From: Eubacteriales bacterium
GTDB lineage: Bacteria > Bacillota > Clostridia > Oscillospirales > CAG-272
DNA length: 64,000 nucleotides
Direction of reading: 5' to 3'
Assembly: GCA_045542275.1 (NCBI GenBank)
Contig: JAZQKP010000004.1
Coordinates: forward strand, 6,391 to 70,390
The position numbers were made by a program, and so were the translations under genes. The notes under the pieces were generated by a model that was given only the letters and a program-made list of their open reading frames with translations, was not told the DNA's origin and did not search any database. Of the stretch, positions 50,094 through 60,099 are shown piece after piece (within the stretch, counting starts at the first letter, position 1; every line of letters begins with the position of its first letter).

Positions 50094-51155
50094 ATGAGCA
50101 GATTTTTCAGCAGCAAGTATTCAAATCTTGAGGCATACACCCCCGGTGAGCAGCCAAGAGATATGAAATATATAAAATTGAATACCAATGAATCTCCCTT
50201 TCCCCCCTCAGAAGCAGCCCTTGATGCCGCCTACAGAGAGGCAGGTAAGCTTCAGCTTTATTCTGACCCTCAGTGTACTGAGCTTACGGAAAAGGCTGCA
50301 GAGGTTTTTGGGGTTTCAAGGGACGAAATCCTTATGACCAACGGCTCTGATGAAATACTTAATTTTGCTTTTATGGCATTTTGCGACAATGAGCATTCCA
50401 TAGTATTTCCAGATATAACCTACGGCTTTTATCCTGTTTTTGCAGAGCTTAACGGTATTGCCTACAAGGAAATCCCTTTAAAAGAGGATTTCACCATTGA
50501 CTATAAGGAATATGTAGGTATTAACAAAAACATAGTTATAGCTAACCCAAATGCTCCCACAGGTATTGCCTTAACGCTTTCGGAAATAGAACAAATCGTT
50601 AAGTCAAATCCCGATAATGTGGTTATTATTGATGAGGCATACGTGGACTTTGGTGGCGAAAGCGCCATACCGTTAACAAAAAAATACGACAATTTACTTG
50701 TAACAGGCACATTTTCAAAGTCGCGCTCACTTGCAGGCGCACGTCTTGGATTTGGTATAGGCGCAAAATCTCTTATAAGCGACCTTAATACAATAAAGTA
50801 TTCAACTAACCCCTATAACATAAACAGAATGACTATGGCAGTAGGATACGCTGTGCTTTGCGATAATGAATACTATATGGAGAACTGCCGTACCATTATG
50901 GAGGTAAGGGAATACGTAACGGACAGGCTTAAGGCTATGGGCTTTAGCGTTCTGCCCTCAAGGGCTAACTTTATCTTTGCTACGCATAATGATATTTCAG
51001 GCTTTGACCTTTATGATAAGCTTAAAAAAAGAGGCATTCTTATTCGTCACTTCAACAAGGACAGAATAAAGGATTATAACAGAATCACCATTGGAACAAA
51101 GGATATGATGGATAAATTCCTAAGTGCAGTATCCGAGATTTTAGAGGAGAAATAA
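50094..51155 (+). CDS. hisC: histidinol-phosphate aminotransferase
   Basis: KLNTNESP, NPNAPTG, DEAY, TFSKSRSLAGARLG. Confidence 0.95.
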   Translation: MSRFFSSKYSNLEAYTPGEQPRDMKYIKLNTNESPFPPSEAALDAAYREAGKLQLYSDPQCTELTEKAAEVFGVSRDEILMTNGSDEILNFAFMAFCDNEHSIVFPDITYGFYPVFAELNGIAYKEIPLKEDFTIDYKEYVGINKNIVIANPNAPTGIALTLSEIEQIVKSNPDNVVIIDEAYVDFGGESAIPLTKKYDNLLVTGTFSKSRSLAGARLGFGIGAKSLISDLNTIKYSTNPYNINRMTMAVGYAVLCDNEYYMENCRTIMEVREYVTDRLKAMGFSVLPSRANFIFATHNDISGFDLYDKLKKRGILIRHFNKDRIKDYNRITIGTKDMMDKFLSAVSEILEEK

Positions 51156-51156
51156 T

Positions 51157-51744
51157 ATGAGAAATTACGAAATAAAGCGTAAAACCGCAGAAACAGATAT
51201 AGCTCTTTCCCTTAATTTAGACGGCAAGGGACAGGGAATAATAGACACAGGGTGCGGATTTCTTGACCATATGCTTACTCTTTTCTCAAAGCATGCTCAC
51301 TATGACCTTTCAGTTAAGTGCATAGGTGATACTAATGTGGATTATCACCACACAGTTGAGGATATCGGTATTTGTCTCGGTAAAGCATTTAATGAGGCAA
51401 TAGGCGATAAAAAGGGAATTTGCCGTTACGGAGATAAGACTATCCCCATGGACGAAACGCTTATTCTTTGTGCTGTTGATATTTCCGGCAGAGATTATCT
51501 TGGCTATGCTCTTGATATTCCTGCATACAAGGTAGGAGACTTTGATACTGAGCTTGTAGGTGAGTTTTTTATGGCATTTGTACGTGAGGCGAAAATCACT
51601 CTTCATATCCGTCAGATATGCGGTGTAAACTCTCACCACATAATTGAGGGTGCCTTTAAGGCATTTGCAAGAGCGCTTTCCTCTGCTACAAGCATTGATG
51701 AAGAATTTAAAGAAGAAATTCCTTCTACTAAGGGAGTAATTTAA
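51157..51744 (+). CDS. hisB: imidazoleglycerol-phosphate dehydratase
   Basis: FLDHML, HHTVED, PMDE, HHIIE, PSTKG. Confidence 0.96.
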   Translation: MRNYEIKRKTAETDIALSLNLDGKGQGIIDTGCGFLDHMLTLFSKHAHYDLSVKCIGDTNVDYHHTVEDIGICLGKAFNEAIGDKKGICRYGDKTIPMDETLILCAVDISGRDYLGYALDIPAYKVGDFDTELVGEFFMAFVREAKITLHIRQICGVNSHHIIEGAFKAFARALSSATSIDEEFKEEIPSTKGVI

Positions 51745-52364
51745 TGATTGCGATAATAGACTACGGCGTTGGCAATCTCTTTTCCCTTTGCTCATCATTC
51801 AAGTCAATAGGGGCAGAGGTTACCGTAACATCTGATGCTGAAATTATCAGAAAAGCCGACAAAATAATTTTACCCGGTGTTGGCGCCTTCGGTGATGCAA
51901 TTAAGAAATTAAACGACACAGGGTTAGGGAAAATTATAATAGAAGAAGTAAAAAAGGGCAAAAAGCTTATGGGCATCTGCCTTGGTATGCAGCTTCTTTT
52001 TGAAAAAAGCTACGAGTATGGAGAACATAAGGGCCTTTCCTTACTTAAGGGTAGCGTAGTTCCTATGGAAAATAAGATACCAAAAGAGCTTAAAATCCCG
52101 CATATAGGCTGGAATGCCTTGCACTTTACAAGAAGTCACCCTCTTTTCAAGTACATAAATGAGGAGGACTGTGTATATTTTGTTCATTCCTACTATGCAG
52201 AGGGCTGTGATGACAGCTTACTTGCAACTGCAGAATACGGACGTGAGCTTACTGCTGCAGTAGTTAAGGATAACGTAGCCGGAATGCAGTTCCACCCCGA
52301 AAAAAGCGGAGATGTGGGACTTAATATATTAAAGGCCTTTTGTGAATGGGAGGACGGAGAATGA
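51744..52364 (+). CDS. hisH: IGP synthase glutaminase subunit
   Basis: IDYGVGN, PGVGAF, GICLGMQ, QFHPEKS. Confidence 0.96.
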   Translation: MIAIIDYGVGNLFSLCSSFKSIGAEVTVTSDAEIIRKADKIILPGVGAFGDAIKKLNDTGLGKIIIEEVKKGKKLMGICLGMQLLFEKSYEYGEHKGLSLLKGSVVPMENKIPKELKIPHIGWNALHFTRSHPLFKYINEEDCVYFVHSYYAEGCDDSLLATAEYGRELTAAVVKDNVAGMQFHPEKSGDVGLNILKAFCEWEDGE

Positions 52365-53074
52365 ACATATTTCCTGCCATAGATTTATATGATAAAAAGG
52401 CTGTCCGTCTTTTTAAGGGCGACTATAATCAGATGACCGTTTATAGCGAAAACCCCATAGACGTAGCACGGGATTTTGAGAAAAAGGGCGCAAAATTTAT
52501 CCATATGGTAGACCTTGAGGGCGCAAAGGACGGAACAACACCAAATATTGAAATTGTATCACAGATAGCAAATGAAACCTCTCTTTTCGTTGAAATAGGC
52601 GGAGGCATCCGTTCTATGGAAACGGTTGAGAGATATCTGTCGTCAGGTGTATCAAGGGTAATCCTTGGCACATCAGCCGTAACCGATGAGGAATTTTTAA
52701 GGTCGGCTATATCAAAATACGGTGATAAAATTGCTGTTGGCGCTGACGTAAAGGACGGCTACATAGCTATTAAGGGTTGGCTTGAAAAGAGCAGCTATAC
52801 CCTTGATGCTTTCTTTGAAAAAATGCAGAGGCTTAATGTAAAAACAATCATCTGCACAGATATATCCAAGGACGGTGCGATGAAGGGTACTAACCTTAAA
52901 ATGTACAGCGAGCTTTCAAAAAAATACTCTCTCGACATAGTTGCGTCGGGGGGAGTGTCTACAATTAATGATATTACCGAGCTTCGCAAAATGGAGCTTT
53001 ACGGTGCTATAATCGGTAAAGCATATTACACAGGTGCAATTGACCTTGCCGAAGCTATCGAGGTGGCAAAATGA
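52361..53074 (+). CDS. hisA: ProFAR isomerase
   Basis: PAIDL, GGGIRS, TDISKDG, ASGGV. Confidence 0.96.
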   Translation: MNIFPAIDLYDKKAVRLFKGDYNQMTVYSENPIDVARDFEKKGAKFIHMVDLEGAKDGTTPNIEIVSQIANETSLFVEIGGGIRSMETVERYLSSGVSRVILGTSAVTDEEFLRSAISKYGDKIAVGADVKDGYIAIKGWLEKSSYTLDAFFEKMQRLNVKTIICTDISKDGAMKGTNLKMYSELSKKYSLDIVASGGVSTINDITELRKMELYGAIIGKAYYTGAIDLAEAIEVAK

Positions 53075-53829
53075 TTACAAAAAGAATAATTCCCTGCCTC
53101 GATGTTAAGGACGGCAGAGTAGTAAAGGGAGTTAACTTTCTTGGCCTTGCCGACGTTTCCTCCCCTGTAAGGCTGGCAGAATTTTATTCTCAGTGTGGCG
53201 CTGATGAGCTGGTGTTTTACGATATCACAGCCTCAGCTGAGGGACGTGCGCTCTTTACCGACATTCTTTGCGAGGTGGCAAGTAAGATATTTATTCCTCT
53301 TACCGTTGGCGGTGGCATTAACACAATTGAGGACTTTGATAGGGTGCTTAAGTGTGGCGCTGATAAGGTAAGCGTAAACTCAGGCGCTATAAGAAACCCT
53401 ATGCTTATCAAGGAGGCGGCACAGAAGTACGGCAATCAATGCGTAGTTATATCAGCCGATATAAAGCGTGTGGACGGCGTATTCCGTGTCTTTGCCAAGG
53501 GTGGACGTGAGAATACAGGCATGGAGGCAATCTCCTGGATAAAGAAATGCGTTGAGCTTGGTGCCGGCGAGGTAGTAGTTAACTCTATTGATACGGACGG
53601 AGTAAAGGGTGGCTTTGATATAGAAATGCTGAGAGCTGTATGCGATGCTGTAAATGTACCTGTAATTGCATCGGGAGGAGCCGGCAGCACACAGCACTTT
53701 GTAGATCTCTTTAAGGAGATACCCGATATAGATGCAGGTCTTGCCGCATCTGTATTCCATTTTGGAGAAATTGAAATTAAGGAGCTTAAAAGGGTCCTTC
53801 GCAATAACAACATAACTGTGAGGTTATAA
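53071..53829 (+). CDS. hisF: IGP synthase cyclase subunit
   Basis: RIIPCLDV, VVKG, GADEL, PVIASGGAG. Confidence 0.96.
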   Translation: MITKRIIPCLDVKDGRVVKGVNFLGLADVSSPVRLAEFYSQCGADELVFYDITASAEGRALFTDILCEVASKIFIPLTVGGGINTIEDFDRVLKCGADKVSVNSGAIRNPMLIKEAAQKYGNQCVVISADIKRVDGVFRVFAKGGRENTGMEAISWIKKCVELGAGEVVVNSIDTDGVKGGFDIEMLRAVCDAVNVPVIASGGAGSTQHFVDLFKEIPDIDAGLAASVFHFGEIEIKELKRVLRNNNITVRL

Positions 53830-53830
53830 A

Positions 53831-54481
53831 ATGATTAATATTGATGAACTTAAATTTGATGAAAAGGGCTTAATTCCCGCCGTTGTGGTTGACAGCATTA
53901 CAAAAAATGTGCTTACCGTGGCGTATATGAATAAGGAAAGCCTTAAAATATCTATGGAGAAGGGGCTCACCTGCTTTTACAGCCGTTCAAGAAATGAGCT
54001 TTGGCTCAAGGGCGAAACAAGTGGCAACTATCAGCACATTGTGTCTATAACAGCAGACTGTGATAAGGACGCTTTAACCGTTGTAGTTGAAAAGGACGGC
54101 CCTGCCTGTCATATGGGCACAGATTCCTGCTTTACAAATCCTGTATATCAGAGTGAGAGCCTTAATCAGTTTACCTTAGAGGGACTTTACGACCTTTTGG
54201 TAGGCAGAAAACAGGATAAGCCTGAGGGCTCATATACAACCTACCTTTTTGAAAAGGGAACAGATAAGATTCTTAAAAAGGTTGGTGAGGAATGTACAGA
54301 GGTTATTATTGCAGGAAAGGCTGATGATAAAAAGGAAACAATCTATGAGATTGCCGACCTTGCATATCACGTAATGGTGCTTATGGTACAAATGGGCATT
54401 TCCGTTGAGGACGTACACAGAGAGCTTGCGTCAAGACATATAATCGACCATAAGGTTAAGCAGGAGAAGATGACAAAATGA
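53831..54481 (+). CDS. hisIE: bifunctional PR-AMP cyclohydrolase / PR-ATP pyrophosphatase
   Basis: KGETSG, DCDKD, ACH...SCF, KKVGEE, EIADL.YH. Confidence 0.96.
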   Translation: MINIDELKFDEKGLIPAVVVDSITKNVLTVAYMNKESLKISMEKGLTCFYSRSRNELWLKGETSGNYQHIVSITADCDKDALTVVVEKDGPACHMGTDSCFTNPVYQSESLNQFTLEGLYDLLVGRKQDKPEGSYTTYLFEKGTDKILKKVGEECTEVIIAGKADDKKETIYEIADLAYHVMVLMVQMGISVEDVHRELASRHIIDHKVKQEKMTK

Positions 54482-55278
54482 AGCTTTCAACCTACCATCT
54501 CCATACCACCTACTGCGACGGTAAGAACTCAGCAGAGGAAATGGTGCTTAAGGCAATAGAGCTTGGCTGTCCCGAAATCGGATTTTCAGGTCACGCATAT
54601 ATGGACTTTGACGGTAGCTGGTGTATGACAGTTGAAAATACCGAAAGGTATAAAAAGGAAATAACCGGGCTTAAGGAAAAGTATAAGGACAAAATCAAAA
54701 TTTATATGGGTATAGAGCAGGACTATTTTTCCTGCCTTGATACAGATGATTACGATTATGTTTTAGGCTCTGTTCACTACGTTTATAAAAATGGAGAATA
54801 CCTTCCCGTAGACTTAAGCTTCAATGCTACAAACGCATTTGTAGATAAGCATTACGGTGGCGATATGTACGCATATTGCGAGGATTATTATAAGCTTGTT
54901 GCAGACCTATACAATAAGACCAAGTGCAATATAATCGGCCACGTTGACCTTTGCACTAAGTTTAACGAGGGTGGAAGACAGTTTGACACATCAAACGAAA
55001 GATATGTTAAATGCGCCACCGAGGCAGTAGCAGAGCTTCTTAAGACTCCTGCGATTTTTGAAATCAATACAGGCGCAATCTCCCGTGGCTACAGAACAGA
55101 ATCCTACCCCGAAGCATTTTTGCTTAAGGAAATCGGAGAAAGCGGAAAAAAATTCGTAATAAACTCCGATACCCATTCAACATCTACTATTGATTTCGGA
55201 CTTGATGAGGAAGCAAAAAAGCTTGATAGCTTAGGCTACAAATATATAACCTCACTTGACGAAATAATATCAAAATAA
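54478..55278 (+). CDS. hisK: PHP-family histidinol-phosphatase (HisJ/HisK)
   Basis: YHLHT.YCDG, GSVH, GHVD, EINTG, SDTH; last gene of the his operon. Confidence 0.88.
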   Translation: MKLSTYHLHTTYCDGKNSAEEMVLKAIELGCPEIGFSGHAYMDFDGSWCMTVENTERYKKEITGLKEKYKDKIKIYMGIEQDYFSCLDTDDYDYVLGSVHYVYKNGEYLPVDLSFNATNAFVDKHYGGDMYAYCEDYYKLVADLYNKTKCNIIGHVDLCTKFNEGGRQFDTSNERYVKCATEAVAELLKTPAIFEINTGAISRGYRTESYPEAFLLKEIGESGKKFVINSDTHSTSTIDFGLDEEAKKLDSLGYKYITSLDEIISK

Positions 55279-55310
55279 CAAAAAATCGCACCACGGTGCG
55301 ATTTTTTGTT
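55277..55310. terminator. bidirectional terminator
   Basis: AACAAAAAATCGCACC-ac-GGTGCGATTTTTTGTT. Confidence 0.85.
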
Positions 55311-55319
55311 GTAATGATA

Positions 55320-55766
55320 TTAGTATAACCAGCTTGATGGAATTAAAAATGTATAGGGTGCGGTAACAATTGCGAATACAAGAGACAAAGTTAGCCGTGC
55401 TTTTTTATCAGCTTTCTTAAATGTTATAAAAAAGTTGAAAACAAAAATTAAAATCGAAGATATAACAAGTGCAGGAATTGTTATATACGGTTCATCTCCC
55501 ATATTTCCCACTTCAAATCCAACCGTCATAAGAAGCATATATGCAGCGCCGATAATATCGGAAAGCATTCCAAAGCAAAAAACCTTAAGAATATGCTTTT
55601 TATAAAACTCTTTTATACCTGCTATTTTCAATACTTTCAAGCTTATAAGTAAAACGAGGCTATCGATAATAAAGTTTCCCGGCAGGATAACCAGCCATGC
55701 TATCGGAAACATCATAAGCATCCAGAACGGAAATAAAACATTATATAGCTTAATATTATTTTTCAT
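55320..55766 (-). CDS. hypothetical membrane protein (about 4 TM)
   Basis: Hydrophobic 148 aa ORF with AGGAGG RBS. Confidence 0.7.
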   Translation of the reverse strand: MKNNIKLYNVLFPFWMLMMFPIAWLVILPGNFIIDSLVLLISLKVLKIAGIKEFYKKHILKVFCFGMLSDIIGAAYMLLMTVGFEVGNMGDEPYITIPALVISSILIFVFNFFITFKKADKKARLTLSLVFAIVTAPYTFLIPSSWLY

Positions 55767-55802
55767 AAAACAACCTCCTAATTTATTATTTAGAGAATCG
55801 GT

Positions 55803-56678
55803 TTATTTCACCACTCCATTAATCGCTGTTTCAAGAGAATAGTCGCCGTAGGTTACGGGTACACCGTAAACCTCTTCATATTTTGCAAAGCAAAGACGGG
55901 AGTTTTCCTCCTGCATAATTTTTGCATTTTCACGTACCAGCTTGTCCTTGTCAGGATAGATAGGCTTCATTACGTGGATAGTGTATTTAAGGTCGGGGAA
56001 GCCGTCCTTACCTATCGTCCCCTTTTTTGAAAGAGTAACAAAGCAGGGGATTATGGGTACATTATTTTTAGCTGCATAATGGTATGCTCCTATTCTGTAG
56101 GGGCGAGGCTTGGGATAATTCCACCAAAGAGCCTGTTCGGGATATATAAGAATAAAATTATCCTTCTTTAAAAGCTCTGCAATAGACAAATCAAGCTTTT
56201 TCATAGTATGGAGATTAGAGCTTAAGGGCAGAGTACGGCAGTTTCTTAAAAGAAAGCCAAAAAGCCCCGTCATAAAGAAATTACCCTCACGCACAACCTT
56301 GTAAAGCTTGTGCTTTTTCTTTGCCTTTTCCGATGCAATTTTTACATTCAAACTTTCAAAAAAGCCAAAATGATTGCTTGTTATAATCGCACCGCCCTTA
56401 ATGTTACGAATGTTTTCCTCACCTAAAACGGTAATGTCGAATTTTTTCTTCATAATCTTTTTGCCTACCCATTCAATAACGGAGGCAAAAAAGGTCTTTA
56501 TCTTTGAGGAAAGCTTTTTATTTAAATAGTCTACCTCATGGGGCAAAATCGGACGTGTAGGAGGGTCAATTTCTGCATTTTCAAAGAAGCTTTCCCCACC
56601 CTCTTTTTCAAACTGGCTTATTCTGTTTATAACATCTACACGGTCCTGTGCAAGGGGTATCTTCTTTTCGTCCATCAT
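55803..56678 (-). CDS. PlsC-like acyltransferase (divergent)
   Basis: SNHFGFFES, LIYPEQ, GAYHYA....VPIIP. Confidence 0.8.
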   Translation of the reverse strand: MMDEKKIPLAQDRVDVINRISQFEKEGGESFFENAEIDPPTRPILPHEVDYLNKKLSSKIKTFFASVIEWVGKKIMKKKFDITVLGEENIRNIKGGAIITSNHFGFFESLNVKIASEKAKKKHKLYKVVREGNFFMTGLFGFLLRNCRTLPLSSNLHTMKKLDLSIAELLKKDNFILIYPEQALWWNYPKPRPYRIGAYHYAAKNNVPIIPCFVTLSKKGTIGKDGFPDLKYTIHVMKPIYPDKDKLVRENAKIMQEENSRLCFAKYEEVYGVPVTYGDYSLETAINGVVK

Positions 56679-57613
56679 AAAATTCCTGTATCAAATAATG
56701 TTTTCTTAAAGTTTTTATCGCTGTTCACTATACGGATAGTGCTTTTTACCAGCTCCTCACCGCCCTTGGCCTGTGCAAGAAGCTTTTCTTCATTGAAATT
56801 ACGGCGCATTTCAAGTATATCCTCATAATAGGGAGTATCCTTTGCATATTTCCAGAAGCAATCGCTGTAATTTATACCGTCCTGCTGCCAGGGCTTAGCA
56901 AAATTATTGTAGTGAACTATCATAGGATTTTCGTAGCTTCCGTCAATTGCCATCTTGTCCCAGCCCTCATCGACATAGAGAACTCTGTCCTTGCAGATTA
57001 CGTTTAGGTAGTCCTGGTCGGGACAAACGGTTTCAAAGCGATAGGTCTTGAAAAGATGCTCAAATTTACCCTCAAGGTCAAATTTACGCATTTCATCAAG
57101 GTTCATAAGCATCATGCCGGAGTTGAAATAGTTTGTATAGGGATAAATTCCACAGCCAAGCTCTGCATAATCACGGAATTCCTGTCTTGAGGCAATAACT
57201 GCATCAGGCACACCACCAAGAAGCTTGTCCCCAAGCTCAATTTTATAAAGCTTAGCCACGTCCTCAAGAATTACCATATCAGCATCAAGATAGATAGCCT
57301 TTTTAAATTCGGGGAACATACCGGGAATAAATATTCTGAAGTAGATAGACACGGTATAATAATCACGGAGATTAAGCTTTTTACCGTAGGTTACAAGCTT
57401 TTCGGAAACGTCAATAAAGCAGATGCTTACATTTTCCTTTTCCATAGCTGTTATTATTTTCATATTTTTAATGCTCATCTTTGAATGGAGAACAAACACA
57501 AAATAGTTGTTTTCCTTCGATGAATTCTCAATAAAAGATTTTATAGCAACCCCAAGAAAGGGAATATAGTTATCATCACAAGAGAAGAATACAGGTACGT
57601 TAGTCTTACTCAC
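56675..57613 (-). CDS. glycosyltransferase family 8
   Basis: DDNY, YLDAD, YFNSG, PDQDYLN, HY...KPW. Confidence 0.9.
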   Translation of the reverse strand: MSKTNVPVFFSCDDNYIPFLGVAIKSFIENSSKENNYFVFVLHSKMSIKNMKIITAMEKENVSICFIDVSEKLVTYGKKLNLRDYYTVSIYFRIFIPGMFPEFKKAIYLDADMVILEDVAKLYKIELGDKLLGGVPDAVIASRQEFRDYAELGCGIYPYTNYFNSGMMLMNLDEMRKFDLEGKFEHLFKTYRFETVCPDQDYLNVICKDRVLYVDEGWDKMAIDGSYENPMIVHYNNFAKPWQQDGINYSDCFWKYAKDTPYYEDILEMRRNFNEEKLLAQAKGGEELVKSTIRIVNSDKNFKKTLFDTGIL

Positions 57614-58439
57614 TTGCTACCTCCTTAAATTCCTTATAGGCTTCCTTCTTTTCCTTGAAAAGCTCTATAATGCTGTCATATTTATGTGTAAGCTCAGGCA
57701 CCTTGTCGGTATGCCAGGGCTTAATATTTCTTGTGTGAAAATATGGGAACCAGATAATAGTCTTTGCAAAATGCTGAACTACTGTCTCATCCTTAAAATG
57801 CTTCTGCTCATTAAACTTAGTGTCAATTATCATTTTTCCCACAGCCAAACGGTTTAAGGCAGTCTGGTCGGGAAGAAACACCTTCTTTTCGTTAAGAAGC
57901 TTTATTGATTTTTCAAAAAGCCCTGTTTCCCTTATTCTGTCAAGATTCAAAAGAAGCACGCCTGCATTTATGTATCTTGCACCAAGGAACCACTTGCCGT
58001 AGTAGTCAAGGCTTCCTGCCAGCTCATTATCTCCCAAATCAATATCGTAAAGCTCCTTAATATCCCTTGCCACAATCGTGTCTGCATCAAGGTAAATCAC
58101 CTTGCTTGGAAGAAAATCAATCTTGTCAGCAAAAAGACGCAAAAACGTGTAGGGAGTGTAGGAGGTTACTGCGTTTGGCGAATTCAAAAGAGTAGCCTTA
58201 TAAAGCTCACCGATATCAACAAGAGTAGCCGAGCTTTCTGGATTTTTCTCCTTGCAAAGCTTGTCTATGTAGTCTGCTTGATTTTTTGTAAGAGGCAAAA
58301 ACCTTTCGTTTTGCTCAGTTAAATCCATAGTGAACAAATAGATGGAAACAGGCTCACTGCTGCTTTCGATAACCGATAAAGCAGATATTAGTATTCCGTC
58401 AAATATTCCATAATTTCCCGCATAAATTATCGGTATCAT
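57606..58439 (-). CDS. glycosyltransferase family 8
   Basis: RLF, YLDAD, YINAGVLL, PDQTALN, KPW. Confidence 0.88.
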   Translation of the reverse strand: MIPIIYAGNYGIFDGILISALSVIESSSEPVSIYLFTMDLTEQNERFLPLTKNQADYIDKLCKEKNPESSATLVDIGELYKATLLNSPNAVTSYTPYTFLRLFADKIDFLPSKVIYLDADTIVARDIKELYDIDLGDNELAGSLDYYGKWFLGARYINAGVLLLNLDRIRETGLFEKSIKLLNEKKVFLPDQTALNRLAVGKMIIDTKFNEQKHFKDETVVQHFAKTIIWFPYFHTRNIKPWHTDKVPELTHKYDSIIELFKEKKEAYKEFKEVASE

Positions 58440-58448
58440 AGCTTCTCC

Positions 58449-59216
58449 TTACTTCTTTATGTACTTAATTCTTTCGTAGGTGCTGCTTTCACTACGCTTA
58501 ACCATAGCTTCATATACAGCATCTCTCAACCTTTTCTGTGCTTCCTTAGGCTTCAATTCCTTGTTGGGATAAAAGGGGCCGTCGATATATACTGTCGCCT
58601 TGGGAACCTTTCTCAGTCTTCTTTTCGAATATGTAACCGTAGCTGCAAACACAGGTGCATTATGCTTTATAGGATAAGCAAAGGATGTGTCTGCAAAATC
58701 ACGAATCTTGGTGTAATAGGGCCAGATGTGCGCCTCGGGATAAATACAAATTGCGCCACCCTCATTTATTCTTGTGCTGATAGCATCAAGAAACCCACGG
58801 TAGCCATCAATGGAGGTGGGTGTTGGAATTGCACCGCATCGCATTATAAATCCCTTTGTTCCCTTGGTTGATATATTGTCAGGATGTACAACCATATATG
58901 TTTTCTTAGGGAAGGAGTATACGTTTGGTATAAATGCATCTCCTGCCATAAGGGTGTGGTTTGAATAAACAAAGTATCCCTGCTTCTTCATTTCCTTAAG
59001 AGATTTTTTGTTTACAACCTTAAGGCCAAATTTAAGCTTACACCAAAGGAAAGCGATGGGAGTCATTATAACCCTGTATACAAGAAAGGTGGATAGGGAA
59101 TGGAAAAAGCCCTTTTTTATATACTTGAAGCTTTTATCAACCTTAACGGTATTTTTTGTGATTCCGGAAAACTCATTGTTCCTTTCATCATCGTAATATA
59201 TCACCTTTTGCTTCAT
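58449..59216 (-). CDS. PlsC-like acyltransferase (divergent)
   Basis: SNHTLMAGD, IYPEAHIWPY. Confidence 0.8.
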   Translation of the reverse strand: MKQKVIYYDDERNNEFSGITKNTVKVDKSFKYIKKGFFHSLSTFLVYRVIMTPIAFLWCKLKFGLKVVNKKSLKEMKKQGYFVYSNHTLMAGDAFIPNVYSFPKKTYMVVHPDNISTKGTKGFIMRCGAIPTPTSIDGYRGFLDAISTRINEGGAICIYPEAHIWPYYTKIRDFADTSFAYPIKHNAPVFAATVTYSKRRLRKVPKATVYIDGPFYPNKELKPKEAQKRLRDAVYEAMVKRSESSTYERIKYIKK

Positions 59217-59317
59217 GGCTGTACCCCCTTTCCTTTACTATAATAAATAATAACAAGAAAGCACTAAAATTAAAAGGACATACCTATATTTTCCACTCTA
59301 AAATTTTTTGAGAGAAT

Positions 59318-59457
59318 TCTCATAACTGTAGAAAACGGACTCTACAAAAGTGAGAACCCTTGATTTTATTGGGAAAAACCCTTGATTTTATTAAATAAAT
59401 AATATATAATGAAACCAGTATAAAGTGAAATTTTTTGAAAATTCTCACATTCTGAGA
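59318..59457. promoter_or_regulatory. divergent control region with three candidate operators and the XRE promoter
   Basis: TCTCA/TCTAC-N5-TGAGA/GTAGA at 59318, 59341, 59443; TTGATT-17bp-TATAAT (59382-59410). Confidence 0.55.
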
Positions 59458-59474
59458 GAGGAAAACAAGGAATT

Positions 59475-60062
59475 ATGAAGGATATTAAGCCTATTATAGC
59501 TGCTAATCTTGTTACCTTGAGAAAGGAAAAGGGGCTTACTCAGGCAGAGCTTGCTGAGAAGCTAAGCTACTCTGACAAGGCAATTTCCCGTTGGGAAAGG
59601 GGAGATACTCTACCTGATATAAGCGTGCTTTATGAAATATGTAATTACTATAATATTACCCTTGATATGCTGGTCAGCGATGAGCCGATTATAAGGGAGG
59701 AGGAAAAGGTTTATACAAAAAATTCTCTGGCTTATAAGATTTGGGCAACTATGCTTTCCGTAACTTTTGTATGGCTTGCAGCCACCATTACCTTTATATA
59801 TTCCAATGTAAAGGGTGAGGGCTACAATTTCTGGATGGCATTTGTATGGGCTGTACCCCTTACTTGTATTGTGCTTAAGATTGCAGGACGAAATATTTTC
59901 AACACAGTTCTGAAAATCATTACCGATTCTGTGCTTATATGGTCAATTCTTGCATCATTTTACTTACAGCTGTTGCCTTACAACATCTGGATGATATTCC
60001 TGCTTGGCATTCCCGTACAGACAATAATATTCCTTTGGATAAGAATGAAAAAATACAGATAA
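59475..60062 (+). CDS. XRE-family HTH regulator with C-terminal membrane domain
   Basis: LTQAELAEKL.YSDKAISRWERG..LPD, then about 4 TM helices. Confidence 0.88.
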   Translation: MKDIKPIIAANLVTLRKEKGLTQAELAEKLSYSDKAISRWERGDTLPDISVLYEICNYYNITLDMLVSDEPIIREEEKVYTKNSLAYKIWATMLSVTFVWLAATITFIYSNVKGEGYNFWMAFVWAVPLTCIVLKIAGRNIFNTVLKIITDSVLIWSILASFYLQLLPYNIWMIFLLGIPVQTIIFLWIRMKKYR

Positions 60063-60063
60063 T

Positions 60064-60094
60064 AAAAAAGTCGACCACGTGGTCGACTTTTTTT
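60064..60094. terminator. bidirectional terminator
   Basis: AAAAAAGTCGACCACGTGGTCGACTTTTTT palindrome. Confidence 0.85.
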
Positions 60095-60099
60095 ATGGA

